From Nitrospirota bacterium (lineage in GTDB: Bacteria > Nitrospirota > UBA9217): 64,000 nucleotides of DNA. A model generated the notes under the pieces. The model was not told the DNA's origin. It saw only the letters and a program-made list of their open reading frames with translations, and searched no databases. Both the position numbers and the translations under genes were made by a program. Every line of letters starts with the position of its first letter. Position 1 is the stretch's first letter. Below, one piece after another: positions 33,893-43,965 of this stretch. The stretch is from positions 64,001 to 128,000 of the forward strand of contig CAVUHW010000027.1 in assembly GCA_963741205.1 (NCBI GenBank), in the 5' to 3' direction.

Positions 33893-34893
33893 AGGAAAGC
33901 ATCCTGCTTCTTGGGCACGGAAGCCCGAAAAAAGACGCCAACAATCTGGAGCGCGTCGGAAAGATGCTGCACGGCATGCTGCATGCCGGGTGCACGGAGG
34001 ATTGCGTCAAGGTCGCCTACCTGCAGTTTGCCGAGCCTGGCATCATCGGAGACCATCAAGACTTGCGTGGAGCGGGGTGCGAAAAAGATCATTCTTCATC
34101 CTTTTTTCCTGAGCGCGGGCATGCATGTGACCAAGGACATTCCCGGGATGATCGAGGAGGCGCGGGGGCTTTATCCCGGCGTGAACTTTATCTATACCGA
34201 GCCGCTCGGCGATCCATGAGAAACTGGCCCACATCGTAATGGAACGGATCAGCGCAGCGGAGGATCTCGCGCCGGCTGAAATAGAAAAGAGGAGTTTCGA
34301 TATCCTGTCCGCCGAGGCCGATCTGAGCGCTATTCCTTCCGACCGCCTGCCTATCGTCCAGCGCGTGATCCATGCAACCGCGGATTTTGAGTTCAAGAAC
34401 ACGCTGACATTCCACCCGGACGCCGTCGCCTGCGGGACTCAATGCGATCAAGTCGGGAAAGGACATTCTGACCGACGTGGAAATGGTAAGAACAGGGATC
34501 AACAAGAAGCTGCTGTCCCGATGGGGAGGAAAGGTCATCTGCGGAATACAGGAGTCCGGAACCGGGAGCCAGGAGTCAGGAAACAAAGACCAGAGCGGAA
34601 CGAGGGGATCGAAAAGGCGTTACAGGAGAATGACAACATCGGCATCATCGCCATTGGAAACGCGCCTACGGCGCTGATCAGGGCGATAGAGATTTTAAAC
34701 AACCCGGAACTCGCGACGCCGTCTCGCAACCGCTTGTTGTCGGTGTCCCCGTGGGCTTCGTGAAGGCCGTTGAATCAAAGGCACTCCTGGCGTCCCAGCG
34801 GTTTCCGTTCATCACTGCCCTGGGAGGAAAGGCGGCACGCCCGTGGCCGTGGCGATCGTGAACGCATTATTGAAAATGGCAGGCGAGAAGTGA
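33889..34893 (+). CDS. cbiC: CbiX (cobaltochelatase) - CbiC (precorrin-8X methylmutase) fusion (indels)
   Basis: LLLGHGS, AYLQFAEP, PFFLSAGMHVTKDIP then in continuity HEKLAHIVMERI..PAEIEKRSF, RVIHATADF, AIGNAPTAL, PVGFV. Confidence 0.85.
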
Positions 34894-34996
34894 AGAATTC
34901 AACATTCACGATTCAAAGTATGAACAGCTGCGGGATTTTGCTTGTTTCCTGACTACTGGCTACTGGCTGCTGGCCACTGCCTCCGACGCTCATGCC

Positions 34997-35672
34997 ATGC
35001 ACATATCTGAAGGCATTTTGCCTTTTAACTGGGCGGCGCTCTGGTTTCTCGTTGCCCTGCCGTTTGTCGCGATATGGATTAAACCGGTTGAAGAAGATGT
35101 CTTCGGCCGACCTGTCGTTCAAGCCCCTCGTCGGCCTCATGGCTGCGGTCGTCTTTATCATCTCCTGCATGCCGGTACCGGTGCCTACCGCCGGAACCTG
35201 CTCCCATCCCTGCGGGACGGGAATATCAGGGATACTGCTTGGTCCTGCTATCAGCGTACTGATCACGGCTGCGGCTCTCCTGATTCAGGCGCTTTTTCTC
35301 GCCCACGGGGGGTTGAGCACCTGGGGTGCGGATATCGTGTCCATGGGCGTGGTCGGTTCCTTTGCCGGATACTTCACCTTCAAGGCTTTGCGCGCTTTAA
35401 AAATAAACATGGCGGTTGCGGGATTCGCGGCGGGGCTCTTTGCCGACTGGGCGACCTATCTTACCACGTCCGTGGAACTTGCCTCGGGCATACGGGGGGA
35501 CTCGCCGTTTCTCCCGCTCTTCTGGAAAATCGTGATCGCTTTTATCCCGACTCAGCTTCCGCTGGGGATACTGGAAGGAGCGATGACATCCGGCATGGTC
35601 GTCCTCCTGTATAAAAAGCGGCCTGATCTTCTCGTCAAAATGGGCGTGGTAAAAGCGGGGGAAGCGATATGA
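34997..35672 (+). CDS. cbiM: Cobalt ECF transporter S component (indel)
   Basis: MHISEGILP, TCSHPCG, ALFLAHGGLSTWGA, TQLPLGILEG. Confidence 0.93.
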
Positions 35673-36056
35673 AGGGCCAAAGGTCAGAGGTCAAGGGTCA
35701 GAGGTACAGAAACAATACGGCAATTTAGCGGTGCTACGTTTCGTCTGTCTTGCTGCTTGCTACTTCTGTCATCGATGCCTTCCGCCGCTGAAAAATGGCA
35801 GGGCGCCGACGAAGCCGTGGTCGAGAAGTTCGCAAAGGAACACGGCAGGGAGGCGCGGGAACCGTTCATCAATACCAACCAGGGAGATCTTCTTCTTTTC
35901 GTTTTTCTGACCGCGGGAGCGATCGGAGGTTTTGCTGCGGGTTATTATTGGAGAAAACTGACAGAGGCCGGGACAGAGAAAGATAACAGCCATGGACATG
36001 CTGACCGAATATCCAAGAAAAAGATCATATCCTTTCAAGGGTCGATGCGCGGTTAA
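35669..36056 (+). CDS. cbiN: Cobalt transport accessory membrane protein (CbiN-like); ends uncertain
   Basis: WQGADEAVVEK, GDLLLFVFLTAGAIGGFAAGYYW; position between cbiM and cbiQ. Confidence 0.7.
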
Positions 36057-36745
36057 AATACTGCTTGCCCTGGTCCTTTTGGCAATGGTCTTGAGTTGCC
36101 GCGGATTCATGTTTCCCGCCGCAACGGCGGGGCTCGCGTTTTTATTGTGCATCACGATAAGGGTCCCTTTGCGGATTTTTGTTCTCAGATTTTCCGAGCC
36201 TCTGTTTATCGCCGCTATCGTGCTCGTCCTGAAGCTATTTTCCTCCGGACATGACGCGCTATTTTCCCTGAACATCTTCGGCCTCCATCTTGTCGGGCAC
36301 CGGGACGGCCTTCTTGAAGGACTTATCATCTGCAACAGGATCATCGGCGCTGTTTCCATCGTTGCCCTGCTCGGATTTTCCACTCCCTTTACCGAAATCA
36401 TGGCAGGCCCTTTCCTGGCTCAGGGTCCCGAAGGGTTTCATAGAGATTCTAATGTTCGCCTACCGATATATCTTCATGCTTTTTGAGGACGCGATGGTCA
36501 TCTACCAGGCTCAGAAAAACCGTCTCGGTTATTCTACGATCAGGAGAGGGCTGAGCTCATTCGGTACACTGGCGGGGTCTCTGATAATCAAGGCTTTTGA
36601 CCACAGCCAGAGCACCACCGTCTCAATGGTCCAGCGGGGGTACGACGGCACCATCCCGACGCTCCGGCACAAGCCTTTCCGGTCTTCGGAGGTGCTGGCG
36701 TCCGCGCTCTTTCTGCTTGTCATGGGGTTTGTATGGAGGCTATAA
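35992..36745 (+). CDS. cbiQ: Cobalt ECF transporter T component (indels)
   Basis: DARVK-like start, STPFTE, FAYRYIF, AQKNRLGY, MVQRGYDG. Confidence 0.88.
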
Positions 36746-37571
36746 TCAGGCTCTCGGTCGTCCTGAGTTCCTTTTCCTACGCCGACGGGACAGAAGCCCT
36801 GAGCGATATCAGGCTTGACATCAGAAAAGGCGAGTTCACAGGCATTCTAGGCTCGAACGGCTCGGGTAAAACGACGCTCCTCAAGGTGATGGACGGGCTG
36901 ATTAAGGATTACCAGGGCAGCGTTCTCCTCGACGGGGCCGACATCAGGAAACTGTCTCCGAAGGAGATCTACCGGAAAGTCGGCCTCGTGTTCCAGAATC
37001 CCGATGACCAGCTCTTCGCCCCGACCGTGCTGGAAGACGTCTCCTTCGGCCCCATCAATATGGGCTTTTCCGAAGATGAGGTCGTCGGCGGGTAAAGGCG
37101 GCACTGCAGGACGTGGAGATGGAGGGCTTCGCGAAGAAGTCCATCCATAACCTGAGCTTCGGCCAGAAAAAACGAATCTGCATCGCCGGTCTCCTGGCGA
37201 TGGGGCATGAGATCCTGCTCCTGGATGAGCCGACAGCCGGACTGGACCCCATGGGCGAATACAGGATGATGGACCTTTTGACAAGGTTGAACAGGGAAAA
37301 AGGCGTAACCGTGGTCATGGCGACCCACAGCGTCGACCTTGTTCCGTTGTTTCTCGACCGCCTTTATATCCTCAGCAAAGGACGCATCGCACGCAGCGGG
37401 CCTCCGGAAGAGGTTTTTACGGCGCCCGAGGACATGGCCCAGGTGAAACTCAGGCTGCCCCGGATCGCGGAGCTGATTTACCGGCTCAAGCATGAGGACG
37501 GGATGCCGTTCGGAAAAATCCCGCTTACCGTCGGCGAGGCGCGGCGGGAGATTCTGAGAATTGCGAAATGA
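36733..37571 (+). CDS. cbiO: Cobalt ECF transporter ATPase (indel)
   Basis: GSNGSGKTT, VFQNPDDQLF, LSFGQKKR, LLDEPTAGLD. Confidence 0.92.
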
Positions 37572-37637
37572 AAATTGAAATGTTTAAATTAGAAATTACC
37601 CATCTGCAATTTCCCATTTACAATCGAGCGAAGCGAC

Positions 37638-38156
37638 ATGCGTAGAGGATACATTCAGGTCTATACCGGAAACGGAAAAGGCAAGACTACCGCCGCGCTT
37701 GGACTTGCCATTCGGGCGGCGGGCGCAGGGCTCAGGATATTCATAGCCCAGTTCATCAAAAAACGAAAATGCAGTGAACATGTCCTCCTTGAGGAGCTAA
37801 GCGACCGCATAACCGTCAAGCAATACGGCAAGGGTTTCATCATGCGGGCAAAGCCGTCAAAAGCGGATTTTCAGGCCGCGCGGGACGGGTATGAGGAAGT
37901 CCGGAACGTGATGCTCTCGAAACAGTACGACGTCGTTGTCCTCGATGAGGCAAACGTGGCCGTGCATTACGGGTTGATTTCGGAACATGACCTTCTGGAG
38001 CTTATGACGGAAAAGCCCAAGAGCGTGGAACTGGTTATTACCGGCCGGTACGCGGGCGAAAAGGTCATGCAGGCGGCGGACCTCGTAACGGAGATGCGAG
38101 AGATCAAACATTACCGGGAACAGGGAGTAACGGCGAGGCGTGGAATCGAAAAATAA
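37638..38156 (+). CDS. cobO: Cob(I)yrinic acid a,c-diamide adenosyltransferase
   Basis: YTGNGKGKTTAALGLA, VVLDE, ELVITGR, ADLVTEM. Confidence 0.94.
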   Translation: MRRGYIQVYTGNGKGKTTAALGLAIRAAGAGLRIFIAQFIKKRKCSEHVLLEELSDRITVKQYGKGFIMRAKPSKADFQAARDGYEEVRNVMLSKQYDVVVLDEANVAVHYGLISEHDLLELMTEKPKSVELVITGRYAGEKVMQAADLVTEMREIKHYREQGVTARRGIEK

Positions 38157-39258
38157 AAAACTCCGGTCCGGATTTACGACCGGCGCCTGCGCTGCGGCGG
38201 CTGCCAAAGCGGCGGCGATGCTTTTGTTGCGGAATGAAAAACAGATCGAACAGGTGGAGATTCCGTTTCCGGATGGGAGCAGGTTTACGTTCAAGATTCA
38301 TGATGCAGGATGCAGGATTCAAGATAATACCGCATTCGCCTCGGTCATCAAGGATGCCGGAGACGATCCCGATGTAACGAATGGCGCGGAGATAGTGGCT
38401 ACTGTTCAGGGTTCAGAGTTCGGAGTTCACAATGAAATAATGCCCCTAATCATCATCAATGGCGGCAAGGGAGTAGGGACGGTTACCAAACCGGGTCTCG
38501 CCATCCCTGTTGGTGAGCCGGCAATTAACCCGGTTCCGCGGAAGATGATCACAGAAGCCGTAGCCGAAGCGATGAGAGAGCTCAATCCGCAATCCGCAAT
38601 CCGAAATCCGCAATTGGAAGTCACCATCTCCGTCCCGGCAGGCGAAGAGCTGGCAAAGAAAACCTTGAACCACCGGCTTGGCATTGTCGGCGGCATCTCG
38701 ATCCTCGGTACCACGGGTATCGTACGCCCCGTATCCGCCGAGGCCTGGACAGCGACCATCACGGCGTCCATGGACGTGGCAAAGGCGGCCGGTCTCAGCG
38801 CAGTGGTCATCTCTTCGGGGCGGACTTCCGAAAAGGCGCACATGAAGAAATATCATTTCCCCGAGGAAGCTTATGCGATGATGGGCGATTACCTTGAATT
38901 TTCGCTGAAAGACGCGAAACAGCACGGATTCCGCGAGGTCCATCTCTGCGCTCAGTGGGCCAAGATGCTCAAAGCCGCCATGGGCACGCCGCAGACCCAT
39001 GTACGGAACGGCGCCCTGGAAGCGGCCGAGGCCGCGGATTTTTTATTGCGTCTCGGAATCGATCTCCCCCGTGATAAGACGTTCAACACGTCACGAGAGA
39101 TCTTCGATTACATTCAATCCGCAGTCCGCAATCCCCAATCCGCAATGAAAACGGTTTGTACTGCGGCGAAGCGCTATGCCGAGGGGATCACCTTGGGGAT
39201 CCCGGTCATCGCCCATCTCGTATCCTATGAGGGAGACATCCTTGCAGAAAGCGAATAA
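38140..39258 (+). CDS. cbiD: Cobalt-precorrin-5B C1-methyltransferase
   Basis: LRSGFTTGACAAAAA, KDAGDDPDVT, AINPVPR, RLGIVGGISILGTTGIV. Confidence 0.95.
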   Translation: MESKNKKLRSGFTTGACAAAAAKAAAMLLLRNEKQIEQVEIPFPDGSRFTFKIHDAGCRIQDNTAFASVIKDAGDDPDVTNGAEIVATVQGSEFGVHNEIMPLIIINGGKGVGTVTKPGLAIPVGEPAINPVPRKMITEAVAEAMRELNPQSAIRNPQLEVTISVPAGEELAKKTLNHRLGIVGGISILGTTGIVRPVSAEAWTATITASMDVAKAAGLSAVVISSGRTSEKAHMKKYHFPEEAYAMMGDYLEFSLKDAKQHGFREVHLCAQWAKMLKAAMGTPQTHVRNGALEAAEAADFLLRLGIDLPRDKTFNTSREIFDYIQSAVRNPQSAMKTVCTAAKRYAEGITLGIPVIAHLVSYEGDILAESE

Positions 39259-40531
39259 ACTCTCCGTCGTCGGTATTGGCTATCGCCCCCTCGGAAAGCG
39301 CGCGCAAGAGCTCGTGCGCGCAGCAGACGTCATTCTTGCATCATCCCGGCTCTTTGAGGTCTTTCAACAATACGCTGAATTCGAGGCGGTCAAAGACCGC
39401 ATCAAAGTAATCAACAAGGTGCCTGATACAATCGCCTTTATCCGGGAATGGTTTTCACAACCGGCTGTGCGACCCTTCGTACTTCTCGCGTCGGGAGACC
39501 CCTTTTTCTTCGGGATCGGCAGGAGGATGATCGAGGAGTTCGGGAGCGAACTCGTGGAGATCTTCCCTGACCTTTCGAGCGTTCAAACGGCCTTTGCCCG
39601 GATCAACGTACCGTGGGACGACGCTTTCTTCATCAGCCTGCACGGCGGGCCTGACATCGCAAAGAGGCGCAAGCTTCCCTACGAGATTTCGGACATTCCA
39701 TGGCTGATCGAGCGCCACGGCAAGATGGGAATTCTTACCGACAGGGAAAATAATCCCTCAGTCGTGGCGAAGGCCTTGCACTCAGCACGACGAACCCCGC
39801 ACTCCGAACTGATCATGCACGTCTGCGAACGGCTCGGCTACCCCGATGAAAAGATCACCCGGGGAACCCCCGGCGAGATAGCGGGCAAGTCTTTTCCCGA
39901 TCCGAATGTGGTGATTATTATACGACAGGAGTCAGGTGCCCCCGACCGGGGGGCAGGCAGAAGAGTACGATTCGGATTGAAAGAGGATGATATTCAACAT
40001 GAACGGGGATTGATAACCAAGGACGAAGTTCGGGCAGTGACAATTCACAAACTTTGTCTCCCTCAGGACGGCGTTCTCTGGGACATCGGGTCCGGTTCGG
40101 GCGCGGTTTCGCTCGAGGCCGCGCGTCTCTGCCCGGGACTTCGGGTGATTGCCGTCGAGAAAGAGCGAGAACGGACCGAGACGATCAGAACGAACATAAG
40201 ACGCTACCATGCAGGAAACGTGGAGATCGTCCACGGCCCCGCGCCCGATGCGCTGAGGGACCTGCCCGCTCCGGACCGGGTATTCATCGGAGGCAGCGGA
40301 GGGAACCTGGGCGATATCATCAGGCGTGTGAATGAGAAGATGTCTGCGGGGATAGTCGTGATCAATGCGGCAAGCCTTGATACGCTGGGCGCCGCACTGG
40401 CAGCCCTGGATGCGAACGGGTTCTCAGCGGAGGTGGCCGAGATATCGGTGTCCCGGTCGAAGGTCGTTGCAGGCAAACGGTTGATGAGCGCGCTTAATCC
40501 CGTGTTCATCATACGGGGAGAGAAAGGCTGA
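39227..40531 (+). CDS. cbiET: Bifunctional CbiE/CbiT methyltransferase-decarboxylase
   Basis: VVGIG, LASGDPFFFGIG, LITKDEVRA, WDIGSGSGAVS, PDRVFIGGSGG, ALNPVFI. Confidence 0.92.
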   Translation: MRETSLQKANKLSVVGIGYRPLGKRAQELVRAADVILASSRLFEVFQQYAEFEAVKDRIKVINKVPDTIAFIREWFSQPAVRPFVLLASGDPFFFGIGRRMIEEFGSELVEIFPDLSSVQTAFARINVPWDDAFFISLHGGPDIAKRRKLPYEISDIPWLIERHGKMGILTDRENNPSVVAKALHSARRTPHSELIMHVCERLGYPDEKITRGTPGEIAGKSFPDPNVVIIIRQESGAPDRGAGRRVRFGLKEDDIQHERGLITKDEVRAVTIHKLCLPQDGVLWDIGSGSGAVSLEAARLCPGLRVIAVEKERERTETIRTNIRRYHAGNVEIVHGPAPDALRDLPAPDRVFIGGSGGNLGDIIRRVNEKMSAGIVVINAASLDTLGAALAALDANGFSAEVAEISVSRSKVVAGKRLMSALNPVFIIRGEKG

Positions 40532-40532
40532 T

Positions 40533-41278
40533 ATGGCGGGAAAACTGTTTGTCCTCGGCATCGGGCCCGGCGATCCCGAACTCATGACCTTGAAGGCAGT
40601 TCGAGTCCTGAAAGAGGTCCCCTGCATCATTGTCCCGAAAGGGCGGGAAGAGGGGAGCAGCCTAGCACTTTCCATCGTCCGGAGAATCCTCCCCCTTGAG
40701 GGCAAGGAAATCGTAGAAGCGCACTTCCCGATGGTAAAAACAGTCCAGAGTTGCGGAGTCGGGAGTCCGGGGCGAGATGTGCGGACGAACTCGACTCCAA
40801 ATGGAACGAGATCGCGGAAGAGGTCTTGATGAGGGTGGAAAAGGGAACGGACGTCGCCTTCATCACCATCGGAGATCCCGGCATCTACAGCACATTCTTC
40901 TACCTGTACGACAAACTGCTCCAGCGCAAGCCGATCGCTGGAAATTGAGATTGTCCCCGGCATATCCTCCATCAATGCCGCTGCGGCAAGGGCGGGACTC
41001 TCTCTCGGGCTCGGCAACGACAGGATCGCGATCCTTCCGGTGAACTACCTGGACAGCCTGCAGGAGACGCTGGAGAAGTTCGACACCGTGGTGCTCATGA
41101 AGGTAGGCAAGGTCTTCGATACGGTCAGGGATACACTGACCAGGATGAACCTTGCAGACTGCCGCGACCTTCGTTGCGCGGGCGGGCATGGACGACGAGC
41201 GGATACGGAAGGACATCCAGACAGGTGAGGGAGGAAGACCTGAATTATTTTTCCCTGGTGATCGTGAGGAAACGATGA
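40533..41278 (+). CDS. cbiL: Precorrin-2 C20-methyltransferase (indels)
   Basis: GIGPGDPELMTLKA, FPM, ITIGDPGIYSTF, VVLMK, YFS. Confidence 0.9.
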
Positions 41279-42034
41279 AGACGTTCGTCTATTTCGTGGG
41301 CGCGGGGCCGGGAGATCCCGAGCTCATCACCGTGAAGGGCAGAAAGGCTCTCGATGCCGCCGACGTGGTGATCTACGCCGGAAGCCTCGTGAACCCCGCG
41401 CTCCTTGACGGGATCAAGGCAGAGATCTTCGATTCGGCCAAGATGGATCTTGGCGAGATCGTCGCGGTCGTGAGGAAGGCGGTCGCGAACGGCCAGACCG
41501 TGGTGCGGCTTCATACCGGAGATACGTCTTTCTACAGCGCCATTTCGGAACAGATCGAACGGCTCCGTGAACTGAATATTCCTTACGAGGTAATTCCCGG
41601 CGTGTCATCGGCCATGGCAGGGGCCGCGATCCTCGGACAGGAACTGACCATCCCCGAAATCAGCCAGACCGTCATCTTCACGAGGATGGAAGGCAGGACC
41701 CCGGTACCGGCATCCGAGCGGCTCGGCTCCCTCGCTTTGCATCGCGCAACCATGGCTATCTTTTTGAGCGCGGGAATGATCGAAAAAGTGCGGGACGAAC
41801 TGCTGCAGGGCTATCCTGCTGACACTCCTGTTGTGATCATCGAAAGGGCCACCTGGCCTGACCAGAAGGTTGTCCAGGGGCGCGTTGCAGGACCTCGCCT
41901 GCCTGGTGAAGGACGCGGGCATCAGGAAGACGGCGCTGATTTATGTCGGCGAGTCGCTCCGGGCTTCGGAAGAATCTCTCGGGAAAGAGTCCAAGCTTTA
42001 TCACAAGGACTTCAAGCATGAATATAGGAAATAG
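41275..42034 (+). CDS. cbiF: Precorrin-4 C11-methyltransferase (indel)
   Basis: [45 protein letters not shown]. Confidence 0.93.
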
Positions 42035-42036
42035 TA

Positions 42037-42120
42037 CCCATCCCCCTCTCAATCTCCCCCTTGAAGGGGGAGAAGTTTAATGCTCCTCCCCTTCAAGGGG
42101 AGGCTGGGTGGGGATGGGGC
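42037..42120. repeat. REP-like palindromic element
   Basis: CCCATCCCCCTCTCAATCTCCCCCTTGAAGGGGGAGA ... TCCTCCCCTTCAAGGGGAGGCTGGGTGGGGATGGG: two inverted units, each with an internal hairpin. Confidence 0.75.
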
Positions 42121-42134
42121 TCACGGATTGCGGA

Positions 42135-43965
42135 ATGAAGAAAACGGCGATCATTTACATTACAGATAACGGTCTGAAATTAGCGGAGCGGCTCAAGATG
42201 TGTCTTCAGGATGCTGAGATAGTCCGGTATGCTTCCGGTCTCGTTCCTGATTTCTGGGCAGCACATGAAGCCCTGGTTTTCATCATGGCTTCCGGCATCG
42301 TCGTGCGGACGATTGCTCCTCTCTTGAAGGACAAGAAGACCGATCCGGCAGTCGTTGTTCTCGACGATGCGGGCAAGTTTGCCGTTAGCCTTGCAGGCGG
42401 ACACCTGGGAGGCGCCAACGAACTGGCGCGGGAGATCGCGCAATTCCTGGGGGGAGAGGCGGTCATCACGACAGCTTCGGACGTGAACGGTCTCCCGTCC
42501 CTTGACCTTTGGGCTAAGGACCACAATCTGATCATCGAGAATTGGCACGACCTCCCTCAGGTCGGCACGCGATACGTGAATAACGGCGGGCTGCGGATCT
42601 ATTCCGACATCCCTTTTATTTTTCCCGATGAATTCCTGAAGGTCGCCGATCCCCGGTTCGCCGATGTCATCATTACCAATCGCAGGGACGTGTACGCCGG
42701 CTCTCCGAGATGTACCATAACCGGAGAAGGATGTTCCACGGATGCCTGTCGCGTAAAAGGGCAGGTTTACCTTAGGCCGATCAACCTTGTTGTCGGCATC
42801 GGCTGCAACAGCGGCACGTCCCAGGACGAGGTCGAGAGTGCGGTGCTCTCGACGCTCGAAGAGCACAACCTTGCATTCTCGTCAGTTCATGTACATCGCC
42901 ACCATTGATATCAAACGTGATGAGCCTGGCCTAAAGGCTTTTGTTCAAAAATATAATTTCCCCCTGCGCACTTTCAATTCCCAGGAGCTGAACCGCGTAG
43001 AGGGAATTGTGAAATCGGCCACCGTAATGAGGGCGACGGGTGCTTTCGGAGTTGCGGAGCCGGCAGCGCTCCTTGCCGCAGGCGCGGACAGGCTGCTCGT
43101 ACCGAAGCAAAAAAAAGGAAATGTGACCGTGGCGATAGTTGAAACTAAGAATATGCCAAGTTCAGGGTTCGGAGTAGAGAGCGAAAAAGAAGTAATGTCA
43201 GGTCCGGGAACGGGCAAGATATTCATTGTCGGTACAGGGCCGGGAAGACTGGAGCATATCACGCCTGCCGCGCGGGAAGCTATCAGGAAATCCGACGTCG
43301 TCGTGGGATACGGCACCTACCTGGATTTGATCGAGGAACTCCTGCAAGGCAAAGAGGTGCTCTCGACGGGAATGACACAGGAGGTGGACCGGTGCCGCAA
43401 GGCGATGGAACTCGCACGCTGCAACAGGACCGTATCTGTGATCAGCGGGGGTGATCCCGGCGTCTATGCCATGGCGGGGCTCGTGTTTGAACTTTTGCGC
43501 TCGGAGGAGGGAAAGGGCGGGACACTACCTGACGTTGAGGTGATTCCCGGCATCTCGGCCCTCAATGCAAGCGCATCTCGGCTCGGCGCTCCGCTCATGC
43601 ATGATTTTGCCTGCATCAGTCTGTCCGACAGATTAACGCCATGGGAAGTGATCGAGAAGCGGCTTGCGGCTGCTGCAGAGGCTGACTTCATTATTGTCCT
43701 GTACAACCCCAGAAGCAAAGGCAGGGCCGGCCATATCAACAGGGCGAGGGAGATCATCCTGAAACACCGCCGACCTTCAACGGTTGTGGGCATTGTCAAG
43801 GGCGCGATGCGGGATCATGAAACGGTCATCGTGACTGACCTGGAGAAGATGCGGGACAGTGATATAGACATGCAGACCACGGTGATCATCGGCAACTCAA
43901 AAACATTTGTATGGAACCATCTGATGGTAACGCCCAGAGGGTATGAAAACAAGTTTGAGATCTGA
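42135..43965 (+). CDS. cbiH: CbiG - CbiH fusion (indel ~42890)
   Basis: KDKKTDPAVVV, GGHLGGAN, VITTASD, VGIGC, GVAEPAAL, then VGTGPG, SGGDPGVYAMA, DFACISLSDRLTPW, TPRGY. Confidence 0.9.

Noticed and set aside
33094-34239. CbiA-CbiX-CbiC triple fusion suggested by the ORF track
   Set aside because: An alternative frame ends cbiA at the ATGA overlap 33889-33892 with an RBS-like GGGAG upstream; read-through is probably an indel artefact
42135-43965. CbiG-CbiH and CbiE-CbiT fusions as novel
   Set aside because: Both are well-known fusions in cobalamin operons
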